In this document: piece by piece, positions 11,396-19,998 of the stretch
Numbering within the stretch: the stretch's first letter is position 1
Layout: every line of letters begins with the position of its first letter
Assembly: GCA_964194995.1 (NCBI GenBank)
Contig: CAXMPS010000227.1
Span: forward strand, 1 to 47,735
Reading direction: 5' to 3'
From: an uncultured Gammaproteobacteria bacterium
Lineage (GTDB): Bacteria; Actinomycetota; Acidimicrobiia; Spongiisociales; ZC4RG35
Length of the DNA: 47,735 nucleotides
Program-made: the position numbers and the translations under genes
The notes under the pieces: model-generated
The model's database searches: none
What the model was told of the DNA's origin: nothing
What the model saw: only the letters and a program-made list of their open reading frames with translations

Positions 11396-11430
11396 TCGCG
11401 TCGACGGAACTCGTTGGTAGCGTCAGTGCG

Positions 11431-12768
11431 ATGAGCGATCTCTTCTCGGCGCGAGGAGCCGAGGCTGCTGCCGGCGCTGCACCTCTTGCCACGCGGATGC
11501 GCCCGAGGTCGCTCGACGAGGTAACCGGGCAGGCAGGGCTTCTCGGCGCCGGGGCTGCCTTCCGAAAGATTGTCGAGTCCGGGCGCCCGATCTCGATGCT
11601 TCTGTGGGGCCCTCCCGGAACGGGGAAGACAACGCTGGCGAGACTGGTGGCGTCCTACGCCGACGCTGAATTCGAGACCCTTTCGGCCACATCGGCCGGT
11701 GTCAAAGATGTCAGGGCGATTCTCGCCGGAGCGAAGCAGCGCCTCGAGACCGACGAGCGGCGCACGGTCCTTTTCCTGGACGAGATTCATCGTTTTGCGA
11801 AGAACCAGCAGGATGCACTGCTCCCCGGGGTCGAAGACGGGACGTTGGTATTGATCGGGGCCACCACCGAGAATCCTTTCTTCGAGATCATCACACCGCT
11901 CATGAGCCGAATGACTCTGTTCCGGCTTGTACCGCTCGAGGCAGACGACATAGGCGGACTGGCCGATCTGGCTCTCGACGACGGCGAACGTGGCCTGGGT
12001 GCCTTACACCTCACCCTGGCCTCCGAGGCCCGGGAAGAGTTGTCACTCAGGACTGGTGGTGACGCCAGGCAGGCGCTCAACGCTCTCGAGGTGGCGGCTC
12101 TTCTGGCCCGAGCGGATGACCGTATGGAAATCGGCCTCGAGGACGTGGCTGAAGCACTGCAACGGCGCATCGTCCGCTACGACCGGGCCGGCGACAGTCA
12201 CTACGACGTCATCTCGGCGTTCATCAAGAGTGTCAGGGGCTCCGACCCGGACGCCGCCCTCTATTGGCTATTCCTGATGCTCGAAGGAGGCGAGGATCCC
12301 GAATTCATTACGCGTCGGTTGCTCATCCTCGCTTCAGAAGATGTCGGACTGGCCGACTCATCAGGTCTTCAAGTGGCGGTGGCCGCCGCAGATGCTCTCG
12401 CGTATGTCGGGCTGCCGGAGGCGGCCTATCACTTGGCTCACGCCACCGTCTATCTGGCCACGGCTCCCAAATCGAACTCGGTGGCTCTTGCAATGCGTGC
12501 AGCCAGGTCGCTTGTGACGGAGGGCCCAAGTCCGGCGGTGCCGGCTCATCTGAAGTCTTCCAGCTATTCGGGCGCGGAGGAACTGGGTCACGGCGACGGT
12601 TACAAGTACGCCCACGACTGGCCCGAGGGCGTCACCAGACAGCAGTATTTTCCAGACGGTGTCGAACCGGCTGCCCTCTACCAACCGGGAGACAGAGGAG
12701 AAGAGGACGCAATCCGGAGAAGGTTGGAGCAGATCGATCAGATTCTGAACAGGTCTGGAAGGGGCTAG
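11431..12768 (+). CDS. rarA: replication-associated recombination protein A (RarA/MgsA AAA+ ATPase)
   Basis: 445 aa. Walker A (GPPGTGKTTLA), Walker B (FLDEIHRF) and GATTENP are present, with a C-terminal MgsA-type helical domain. Confidence 0.92.
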   Translation: MSDLFSARGAEAAAGAAPLATRMRPRSLDEVTGQAGLLGAGAAFRKIVESGRPISMLLWGPPGTGKTTLARLVASYADAEFETLSATSAGVKDVRAILAGAKQRLETDERRTVLFLDEIHRFAKNQQDALLPGVEDGTLVLIGATTENPFFEIITPLMSRMTLFRLVPLEADDIGGLADLALDDGERGLGALHLTLASEAREELSLRTGGDARQALNALEVAALLARADDRMEIGLEDVAEALQRRIVRYDRAGDSHYDVISAFIKSVRGSDPDAALYWLFLMLEGGEDPEFITRRLLILASEDVGLADSSGLQVAVAAADALAYVGLPEAAYHLAHATVYLATAPKSNSVALAMRAARSLVTEGPSPAVPAHLKSSSYSGAEELGHGDGYKYAHDWPEGVTRQQYFPDGVEPAALYQPGDRGEEDAIRRRLEQIDQILNRSGRG

Positions 12769-12773
12769 AGCTC

Positions 12774-12962
12774 GTGGATCGTCTCTGGTGGTTTTTGACC
12801 GGCCTCATCGCCGGAGGTCTCGTCACCATTCGCGCACTGAGGCGGCGGCCGACCGCGGGCGACCTCGCTGATGCAGCGATCACGACAACGGCCGACATTC
12901 TCGAACTCACGGCCCGGACTGTCCGCCCCAAGCGCAACCGCGATCCGAGCCGGCCTCGTTAA
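12774..12962 (+). CDS. hypothetical small membrane protein (62 aa)
   Basis: GTG start 6 nt after the rarA stop, preceded by GGAAGGGG. The predicted N-terminus has a single TM segment (LWWFLTGLIAGGLVTI) followed by a basic tail. Third codon positions are GC-rich, as in neighbouring genes. I recognise no homolog. Confidence 0.3.
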   Translation: MDRLWWFLTGLIAGGLVTIRALRRRPTAGDLADAAITTTADILELTARTVRPKRNRDPSRPR

Positions 12963-12997
12963 CCTCGCGGCTTCGAGATTACGATGCGGGTGTTGCC

Positions 12998-15622
12998 TTG
13001 AATAGCCACCAACTCAGACAACTCTTCACATCTTTCTTCAGTGAGCGAGATCACGTGGTACGGCCGTCGGCGTCGTTGATCCCAACCGATCCCACCCTCC
13101 TCTTGACCAACGCCGGGATGGTCCCGTTCAAGCCCTATTTCCTGGGAGACGAGAAAGCGCCGTGGAAGCGGGCATCATCGATCCAAAAGATCGTACGAAC
13201 CGTCGATATCGACATCATCGGCACCACCCAGCGCCATCTCTCCTTCTTCGAGATGATGGGCAATTTCAGCTTCGGTGATTACTTCAAAGAGGGCGCAATC
13301 ACTTGGGCGTATCAGTTCTGCACCGAGGCCATGGGGCTCGAGCCCGAGCGCCTCTGGTACACCGTCTACGACACCGACGACGAAGCTCGGGACATCTGGA
13401 TCGATGGGGTGGGGGTACCGGCCGACCGTGTTCAGAACGGCGGGCGCGACAACTTCTGGCAGATGGGGGTGCCTGGTCCCTGTGGCCCCAGCTCCGAGAT
13501 TTTTTGGGATAGGGGCGAGGAGTATGGGGAAGGGGGCGGTCCACTAGAAGGTGACGAAGACCGCTTTGTCGAATTCTGGAACCTTGTCTTCATGCAGAAT
13601 ATTCAGGACGAGCCCTATCACGTCATTGGTGATCTGCCCGCCAAGAACATCGACACCGGGATGGGTCTCGACCGGATCGCCGCCATTCTTCAGGACGTTC
13701 CGACAGTCTTTGATATCGATACCACGAAGCACGTGCGAGATGCCGGCGCCGCTTACACCGGGCTCACCTATGGGGACTCTGAGAGCGGTGACGTCTCACT
13801 TCGAATCTTGGCTGATCACGGGCGTTCGGTCACATTCCTAATTGGAGACGGAGTGGTGCCGTCCAACGATGGCCGGGGATATGTGCTCAGACGACTCTTG
13901 CGCCGAGCCGTCCGCCATGCCTGGCAACACGGAGGGGCAGGGCTTGTTCTGCCCGAGTTGGTAGAAGCGACCGTCGATGCGATGGGCGACTGGTATACGG
14001 ACCTGGCAGAAAAAAGAGACTTCATCGTCGAGGTCGTCACCCGGGAAGAAGAGCAGTTTCGCAAGACCCTGGAGTCCGGTCATCAATTGCTCGACACAGA
14101 GCTCCAAGGCAGCGAAGGCACCCTTTCCGGGCTGATCGCCTTCAAACTCCACGACACCTTCGGGTTCCCGATCGAGCTGACCAAGGAGATCGCAGCGGAG
14201 CGCGGGGTCGAGGTGGACGCGGTCGGATTCGAACAGGAGATGTCCGCTCAGCGGGAGCGTGCCCGGGCGGCTTGGAAGGGAGCAGACCATGCGGTGGCCG
14301 CAGAAAGTGTTTACCGATCGGTGCTGGACCAGATCGGCCTCACCGAGTTCGTCGGGTACACCGATGATCACGCGAGCGCAGTAGTTCTCTCGATCCTGGC
14401 CGACGGCGAATCAATTGATCGGGCTGACGAAGGCAGAGAGGTCGAGATGTTCCTCGACAAGACGCCGTTCTATGGCGAGTCCGGAGGGCAGGTGGGCGAT
14501 ACGGGTCATATCGAGGCCGAGACAGGTCGTGCGGTCATCGTTGATACCCAACACGTTATTCAGGGGCTTCATGGCCATCGCGGCACCGTCGAGGGCGGCC
14601 ATCTCAACGTTGGCCAGCAGGTAAACGTGTCGATTGACTCGCCGAGACGTGATGCGATCCGAAAGAGTCATACGGGCACGCACGTTCTGCATTGGGCTCT
14701 GCGAGACATCCTCGGCGACCATGCCGTTCAGGCCGGCTCATTGGTTGAGCCCGGTCGTATTCGGTTCGACTTCTCGCATTTCTCCCAGATGGCCACCGAC
14801 GAGGTCGCGTCTGTCGAAACAGAGGTGAATCGACGTCTCATCGCCAACAGCCAGGTCAACACGACCGTTACGTCGAAGGATGAAGCCCGGGAGATGGGCG
14901 CCCTGGCCTTTTTTGGCGACAAATACGGAGAGACTGTCCGAGTAGTGCAGGTCGGAGACTTTTCCACCGAGTTTTGTGGCGGAACCCACACGTCCTCCGC
15001 TGGCGAGGTGGGTCCCCTGGTTGTCTTGTCTGAGTCGTCGATCGGATCCAATCTTCGTCGGGTGGAGGCACTGACCGGAATGTCCGCCTACGACCATCTG
15101 GTGGCGATGAGGGCTGGGCTGGACGAGGTTGGCAGAATGCTCAAAGCAAGCCCCGCGGAAGTGGCTCCCCGGGTACGGGGTCTACTCGACAAGGTTGATC
15201 ACCTCGAGGAGCTGCTCGACGTGATTAGAAACCAGCGGCGTGGCGAGCTGGCAGGGGAGATCGCTTCTGGTGCGGCGAAGGTAGGCGATGTCGCCTATGT
15301 GATCGCCGACGGCCAGGGGCTCGCCGGCAATGAACTTCGTCATCTCGCTCTGGGCGTCCGGGACCGGATAGACGGCTCGAGTGTTGTGGTCGTGGGATCG
15401 AACCACGCTGGTAAGGGAGCCCTGGTCGGCTTGGTCACCACAGATCTGGTTGAGAAGGGAGTGTCCGCCGCCGACCTGATTCGCGAGGGAGCACGGGAGC
15501 TCGGCGGTGGAGGCTCGAGCGACCCCGAACTGGCACAGGCCGGCGGTCCGAACGGGAAGAACCTCTCGGCAGCGCTGGCGGTCACAAGCGAAGTCGTGGA
15601 GAAGTCCCTGAGCGACTCGTGA
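12998..15622 (+). CDS. alaS: alanine--tRNA ligase
   Basis: 874 aa with a TTG start. Motifs TNAGMVPFK and FFEMMGNFSFGDYFK are present, plus the editing-domain motifs HTGTHVLH and CGGTH. Confidence 0.96.
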   Translation: MNSHQLRQLFTSFFSERDHVVRPSASLIPTDPTLLLTNAGMVPFKPYFLGDEKAPWKRASSIQKIVRTVDIDIIGTTQRHLSFFEMMGNFSFGDYFKEGAITWAYQFCTEAMGLEPERLWYTVYDTDDEARDIWIDGVGVPADRVQNGGRDNFWQMGVPGPCGPSSEIFWDRGEEYGEGGGPLEGDEDRFVEFWNLVFMQNIQDEPYHVIGDLPAKNIDTGMGLDRIAAILQDVPTVFDIDTTKHVRDAGAAYTGLTYGDSESGDVSLRILADHGRSVTFLIGDGVVPSNDGRGYVLRRLLRRAVRHAWQHGGAGLVLPELVEATVDAMGDWYTDLAEKRDFIVEVVTREEEQFRKTLESGHQLLDTELQGSEGTLSGLIAFKLHDTFGFPIELTKEIAAERGVEVDAVGFEQEMSAQRERARAAWKGADHAVAAESVYRSVLDQIGLTEFVGYTDDHASAVVLSILADGESIDRADEGREVEMFLDKTPFYGESGGQVGDTGHIEAETGRAVIVDTQHVIQGLHGHRGTVEGGHLNVGQQVNVSIDSPRRDAIRKSHTGTHVLHWALRDILGDHAVQAGSLVEPGRIRFDFSHFSQMATDEVASVETEVNRRLIANSQVNTTVTSKDEAREMGALAFFGDKYGETVRVVQVGDFSTEFCGGTHTSSAGEVGPLVVLSESSIGSNLRRVEALTGMSAYDHLVAMRAGLDEVGRMLKASPAEVAPRVRGLLDKVDHLEELLDVIRNQRRGELAGEIASGAAKVGDVAYVIADGQGLAGNELRHLALGVRDRIDGSSVVVVGSNHAGKGALVGLVTTDLVEKGVSAADLIREGARELGGGGSSDPELAQAGGPNGKNLSAALAVTSEVVEKSLSDS

Positions 15623-16023
15623 AGCGGAGTCTTGGCGTCGACTACGGAACGAAGCGTGTGGGTCTGGCGATCTCGGATTCCCTGGGAATCGTTGCCACGC
15701 CGCTGGCTGTGTTCGACCGCCAATCGGCGGTCGAGGACATCGTCAAGCTCGTTCAGGAGCGCGATGTCGGTACCATTGTGGTTGGCCTGCCCACCGGGCT
15801 CGACGGCACTGAGGGTCAGTCTGCTCGAGATGCCCGGAACCTTGGCGACGAGTTGAAACGTCAAACAGGCGTGGAGGTCGTATTCAGAGACGAGCGTTTC
15901 ACATCGCGTATGGCCGAAAGCGCTCTCCTCGAATCAGGGATGAAACGCCGCGACCGGAGGAACACGGTGGACAAGGTGGCGGCCTCAATCATTTTGCAGG
16001 ACTACCTGGATGGCCAGACATGA
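15619..16023 (+). CDS. ruvX: Holliday junction resolvase-like nuclease RuvX (YqgF)
   Basis: 134 aa with a GTGA overlap onto the alaS stop. LGVDYGTKRVGLAISD is the typical YqgF N-terminus. Confidence 0.9.
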   Translation: MKRSLGVDYGTKRVGLAISDSLGIVATPLAVFDRQSAVEDIVKLVQERDVGTIVVGLPTGLDGTEGQSARDARNLGDELKRQTGVEVVFRDERFTSRMAESALLESGMKRRDRRNTVDKVAASIILQDYLDGQT

Positions 16024-17120
16024 CATTCGAACCAGTTCCCAGCCCATCGCCTTGGGTCCGGGTCACAAAGTTGATCGTCGCTCTCGGCATCGTCGGAGTC
16101 GCCGGCCTGGCCGTCGTGGGGGGTGCTTCGTACTTGGGTCGTCTCGTCGGTTCTTCCGTCGCTGCCGAAGATGCATCCGCAGAGCAGGTCGTCGTGGTCG
16201 CGGGCCACGCCGTCACCGTGGAGATACCGGCAGGCTCATCGGCCAAAGACATAGGAGCCATGCTGGCCGCGCAGGGCGTTGTTCTCTCCGCTCTCGAGTT
16301 TGAGGTGGCGGTGAGATCCACCGATTCGGCGTCCAGCCTCAAGGCCGGCAGTTACAGCCTTCAGACTCTCATGGATCCTGACGAGGTGGTCGCGTTGCTG
16401 GTGGTGGGCCCGGTGGCCAACGTGTATCGGCTGACCGTGATCGAGGGCCTGAGAGTCAACGAGATCCTGACTCGACTCGCCGAAACCTCCGGCCATCCTT
16501 ACTCGGACTTCGAAGGGGCGTTGCTCAACGGCGATGTCTCCAGCTCGCTCTTGAAGAACTCTGGTGAGGTGACGCTTGCCGATTGGGAAGGTCTCCTCTT
16601 CCCCGACACCTACGAATTCCGTCGCTCGGCCCAGCCGGCCGCCATCCTTCAACGTCTCTCGTCTACTACGGAACAGCGGGTCGCCAGCATCGACTGGTCG
16701 GACCTGATCAACCTCGGTTACACCGAGCATGAAGGGATCATCATCGCATCGATGATCGAGGCCGAGACCTTGCTCGATGAGGAGAGGTCGATCGTGTCGA
16801 GTGTGATCCACAATCGGCTCGAGATCGGAATGAAGCTCGATATCGATGCAACCGTCCTATACGCCCTCGGGACCAGAGACGTTTTCGAGTTCGACAACAC
16901 CTTGGATTCGCCCTACAACACATATGTGGTGGCCGGCCTGCCCCCCACCCCAATCGCCGCGCCAGGGCGGTCCTCCCTCGAGGCCGCAGCCAACCCGGAT
17001 GACACTCCCTATCTGTTCTATGTCCTCAGTGACCTCGACGGTCGTCACGCGTTTGCCGAGACTATCGATGAGCACTTCAACAATGTGAATCAGGCCCGCG
17101 AGGACGGCGTGCTTCCCTGA
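16020..17120 (+). CDS. mltG: endolytic murein transglycosylase MltG (YceG-like)
   Basis: 366 aa with an ATGA overlap onto ruvX. It has an N-terminal TM segment and the motifs EGLLFPDTYEF, IIASMIEAE and NTYVVAGLPPTPIAAPG. Confidence 0.9.
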   Translation: MTFEPVPSPSPWVRVTKLIVALGIVGVAGLAVVGGASYLGRLVGSSVAAEDASAEQVVVVAGHAVTVEIPAGSSAKDIGAMLAAQGVVLSALEFEVAVRSTDSASSLKAGSYSLQTLMDPDEVVALLVVGPVANVYRLTVIEGLRVNEILTRLAETSGHPYSDFEGALLNGDVSSSLLKNSGEVTLADWEGLLFPDTYEFRRSAQPAAILQRLSSTTEQRVASIDWSDLINLGYTEHEGIIIASMIEAETLLDEERSIVSSVIHNRLEIGMKLDIDATVLYALGTRDVFEFDNTLDSPYNTYVVAGLPPTPIAAPGRSSLEAAANPDDTPYLFYVLSDLDGRHAFAETIDEHFNNVNQAREDGVLP

Positions 17121-17137
17121 TTTGGTGGCACACTTGA

Positions 17138-17923
17138 GTGATGAGCCAAACACTCGAGTTAGCGGTACTCGGTGACCCGGTAGATCACTCGCTCTCTCCC
17201 GCGATCCACGGTGCGGCGATGGCCAGCTGTGGATTCGACGGCTCATACACGGCGATCAAAGCCGATCGCCGGATACTCGCCTCGATGATCGACGACCTCC
17301 GCTCGGGATCGATGTCCGGCCTGAACGTGACCATGCCGCTCAAGGGCGACGCCGCTGAGTTGGCTGATGTACTGACTCCAGAGGCCATGTCCTCACGGTC
17401 GGTGAACACGTTGCGCTCTAGGGGAGACCGGGTCGAAGGCCATTCAACGGACGCTGTGGCGTTGGCGCAGCTGATCTCAGAGAACTCGATTGGTGCCGAG
17501 ACGCCCATACATCTATTGGGTGCCGGCGGGGCGGCGGCCGCGGTATTGGCCGTTGGAGGCGATCGCACGATCTATGTCACGTCGCGCCGAATGGAGCAGG
17601 CAAAGAGCGTTGCCGAGCAATGGCGGCGTGGCCACCCCGTCCGGTGGGGGACGCCTGTGGCCGGCGCTCTGGTTGTCAATGCAACGCCTCTGGGCATGAG
17701 AGGAGAAAACCTTCCGGAAGGCCTGATCGATGTCGCGTCGGCTCTCATCGACCTCCCGTACGGCCAAGCGGTCACGCCAGCAGTCGAGTCGGCTCGTTCT
17801 ATGGGCCTTCCCACTGTCGATGGCCTAGCGTTTCTCGTGACCCAGGCGGCTGAGTCGTTTCGGTGGTGGACAGGGGTCAATCCTCCGCTGAACGTCATGT
17901 TCGAGGCAGTTGGAAAGACCTAA
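17138..17923 (+). CDS. aroE: shikimate dehydrogenase
   Basis: 261 aa. It contains LGDPVDHSLSPAIHGAAM and the glycine-rich NADP loop LLGAGGAAAAV. Confidence 0.88.
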   Translation: MMSQTLELAVLGDPVDHSLSPAIHGAAMASCGFDGSYTAIKADRRILASMIDDLRSGSMSGLNVTMPLKGDAAELADVLTPEAMSSRSVNTLRSRGDRVEGHSTDAVALAQLISENSIGAETPIHLLGAGGAAAAVLAVGGDRTIYVTSRRMEQAKSVAEQWRRGHPVRWGTPVAGALVVNATPLGMRGENLPEGLIDVASALIDLPYGQAVTPAVESARSMGLPTVDGLAFLVTQAAESFRWWTGVNPPLNVMFEAVGKT

Positions 17924-17935
17924 AGGGCTCACCTC

Positions 17936-19159
17936 ATGAAACCGAAAAGGTGGAGATGGATGTTCAAGCAAGGAGTGGTTGAGGTGACTCTTTCTGGAAA
18001 CCTGGGATTCGTCCCATTAGACGAGGTCTTGCGCCTTCTTTCCCGAGCCGGCCAAAAGGGGGCCATTGCGGTGAGCGGGGATGACGTTCGTGGTCGGGTA
18101 TTCGTCACAGAAAAGGGTGTTGCTCTCGCGACCACCTCTGATGACGCTTCCTTGCGGACCCATTTGCTCAATTCTCAATTCATAGATGAGGGGCATCTGC
18201 GAAGTGTCGAGTCCGGTGCCGCCACCTTGGAGTCGATCAGCGACAGCCATCCGGGCTTGATCGATCTCCTAAGGGAGATGACGGTGGAGAGTTTGTTCCA
18301 GATGACGAGCCATGGCACGACCTTCGAGGTGGACGAGGATGCACGGACGCCGTTCGAAAGCCCGAAGACGTTCGAGTTGGAGGGCGTTCTCGATGATGCG
18401 CGCCATCGGGCCGGCGAGTGGTCTGAGATCGAGACGTCGCTAACTGATTTGGCCGGTGTCATCAAGATGAAACGAGATCTGGGTGGCAGAGACGAGATCA
18501 CACTTGGCCGCGACGCGTGGAAGTTGCTCAGTGAACTGGGTGCAGGGTCATCGGTTGGCGAGATGGCAGATCGTCTCGGGACCACCAAGTTTTGGACAGC
18601 CCAGGTCGCATCCGAACTGACTTCGAGCGACCTGCTGTTCGTGGTCGGCCAAGGCGACCCAGCGACCGACCTCGAGACGGAGCGTGAGACGGAGCGCGAG
18701 ACGGAGCCCGAGGCCGAGTACGAGGACACGACCGAGGCCGAGCAGGTCGACGATGGTGTCGAGTCTCCAGCTGCGTCCGAAGTCGAAGCCGACGTCGACG
18801 CCGATGTCGATGTCGACCCCGACCAGTCATGGTGGGAGGAGCCAGAATCCGAGGATGTCGACGCTGAGGCGGATGAGGTTGACACCGGAGAAGTCGAGGA
18901 AGCGACGGAGGACGCTGCCAGCGTCAGCCGGTTTGGAGCGTTCACCAAGTCCCGCAAGGGCTCGGATGGCGATGACGATGAGTCTGCTCTGACTGACCCG
19001 GAGACAGAGTTCGAGAACGTCGAAGATGACACCGAGGCCTTTCTCGAGCAGGTATTCTCCGAGTTGGATCCACCACAGGACGAGCCCGAGGGCCATGGGC
19101 TGCTCAAGCGCCGTCGTTTTGGGGTGACACTCGAGGATGTACCCAATACCAAAGACTGA
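17936..19159 (+). CDS. DUF4388/PATAN-like domain protein with a long acidic low-complexity C-terminal half
   Basis: 407 aa. The N-terminus (LSGNLGFVPLDEVLRLLSRAGQKGAIAVSG..RGRVFVTEKGVALA) fits the DUF4388 pattern as I remember it. The middle segment (ITLGRDAWKLLSELGAGSSVGEMADRLG) looks like a winged-helix domain. The C-terminal ~170 aa are very rich in D and E (ETERETERETEPEAEYED, EADVDADVDVDPD). Confidence 0.6.
   Translation: MKPKRWRWMFKQGVVEVTLSGNLGFVPLDEVLRLLSRAGQKGAIAVSGDDVRGRVFVTEKGVALATTSDDASLRTHLLNSQFIDEGHLRSVESGAATLESISDSHPGLIDLLREMTVESLFQMTSHGTTFEVDEDARTPFESPKTFELEGVLDDARHRAGEWSEIETSLTDLAGVIKMKRDLGGRDEITLGRDAWKLLSELGAGSSVGEMADRLGTTKFWTAQVASELTSSDLLFVVGQGDPATDLETERETERETEPEAEYEDTTEAEQVDDGVESPAASEVEADVDADVDVDPDQSWWEEPESEDVDAEADEVDTGEVEEATEDAASVSRFGAFTKSRKGSDGDDDESALTDPETEFENVEDDTEAFLEQVFSELDPPQDEPEGHGLLKRRRFGVTLEDVPNTKD
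18674..18709 (+). repeat. 3 x 12-nt in-frame tandem repeat (gagacggagcgY; encodes ETER-ETER-ETEP)
   Basis: Read directly: gagacggagcgt / gagacggagcgc / gagacggagccc. A GAC/GAT-GTC (D-V) micro-repeat follows at ~18787-18830. Confidence 0.85.
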
Positions 19160-19202
19160 TAAACACGCTGGTCTTCGCGACCACAGCTAACTTGCTCCGG
19201 CG

Positions 19203-19988
19203 GTGACACAAATCCTCGCCGGAGCTTTTGGTTTTCTGGCGGCGCTTGCGGCCCACGACCTCGCCGCCCAGGCGCTGGCGGACAATCCTCTACGTCCTTT
19301 GTCGGGAACCTGTCCACGATGCGGCACCAACCGCGGGTGGCTGAAAGCGCGATGCCCGACATGCTCCCGCCCGGTTGCAAGAGAAGTCGGTGTCGTTCTG
19401 GCCGGCGTGGTCGGGGCAATGGCATTTGTCAACACCATTGGAGTCAGCTGGGCACTGGTCAGCTATCTGGGGTTTCTGTTACTTTCGCTTGCACTTGTCA
19501 TCACCGACATCGAAGCCATGCGAATCGTCGACCGGCTCAACATCCGGGGAACTCTGCTCCTCGTGGTTGCACTCGGCGCCGGTGCTGCTCTCGACGGGAA
19601 CCTCGGTTCTTTCTGGCGGGCACTGCTCGGCGCCCTGGCGTATTTCGCGGGCACCAACCTCGTGTTCATAGTGGTGCGGGGACGTGGATTCGGATATGGC
19701 GACGTGAAACTGTCCATACAACTCGGCCTGTTCACTGCGTACGTTTCCTGGGGCACGCTTGGCTGGTCGGTATTTCTCATGGCAATGATCGGGGGTGTCA
19801 TCTCAATTGGTGTGATCGTCGTTGGATCTGTCGCGAGGAGGCAGAGGCTTCGCTCGGACCCTGACGACGAGGCACCAACTCTGCGGGACGCTCTGAGGGT
19901 CGAGCTTCCGTACGGCCCGGCCATGGTCGCTGGTGCATGGATTGCACTGGCTCTGGCCGGAATCGGAGCTTTTCCGATCCCGTCGTAG
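19203..19988 (+). CDS. prepilin peptidase (A24 family aspartic protease)
   Basis: 261 aa with a GTG start and a multi-TM profile. CPRCG..x..CPTC is a Cys-box after TM1. The first Asp region is ITDIEAMRIVDRL and the second catalytic motif is GFGYGDVKL. The C-terminus contains PYGPAMVAGAW. Confidence 0.85.
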   Translation: MTQILAGAFGFLAALAAHDLAAQALADNPLRPLSGTCPRCGTNRGWLKARCPTCSRPVAREVGVVLAGVVGAMAFVNTIGVSWALVSYLGFLLLSLALVITDIEAMRIVDRLNIRGTLLLVVALGAGAALDGNLGSFWRALLGALAYFAGTNLVFIVVRGRGFGYGDVKLSIQLGLFTAYVSWGTLGWSVFLMAMIGGVISIGVIVVGSVARRQRLRSDPDDEAPTLRDALRVELPYGPAMVAGAWIALALAGIGAFPIPS

Positions 19989-19998
19989 CATTCGGGCC

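Noticed and set aside
18175-19425. 416-aa minus-strand ORF antisense to the DUF4388 gene. Similar long antisense ORFs occur at 5566-6603, 8358-9113, 26458-27372 and 40961-41701.
   Set aside because: All lie opposite strongly supported + strand genes and are Ser/Arg/Pro-rich with low complexity. This is expected from a stop-codon-poor antisense frame in high-GC DNA. I recognise no motifs in them.
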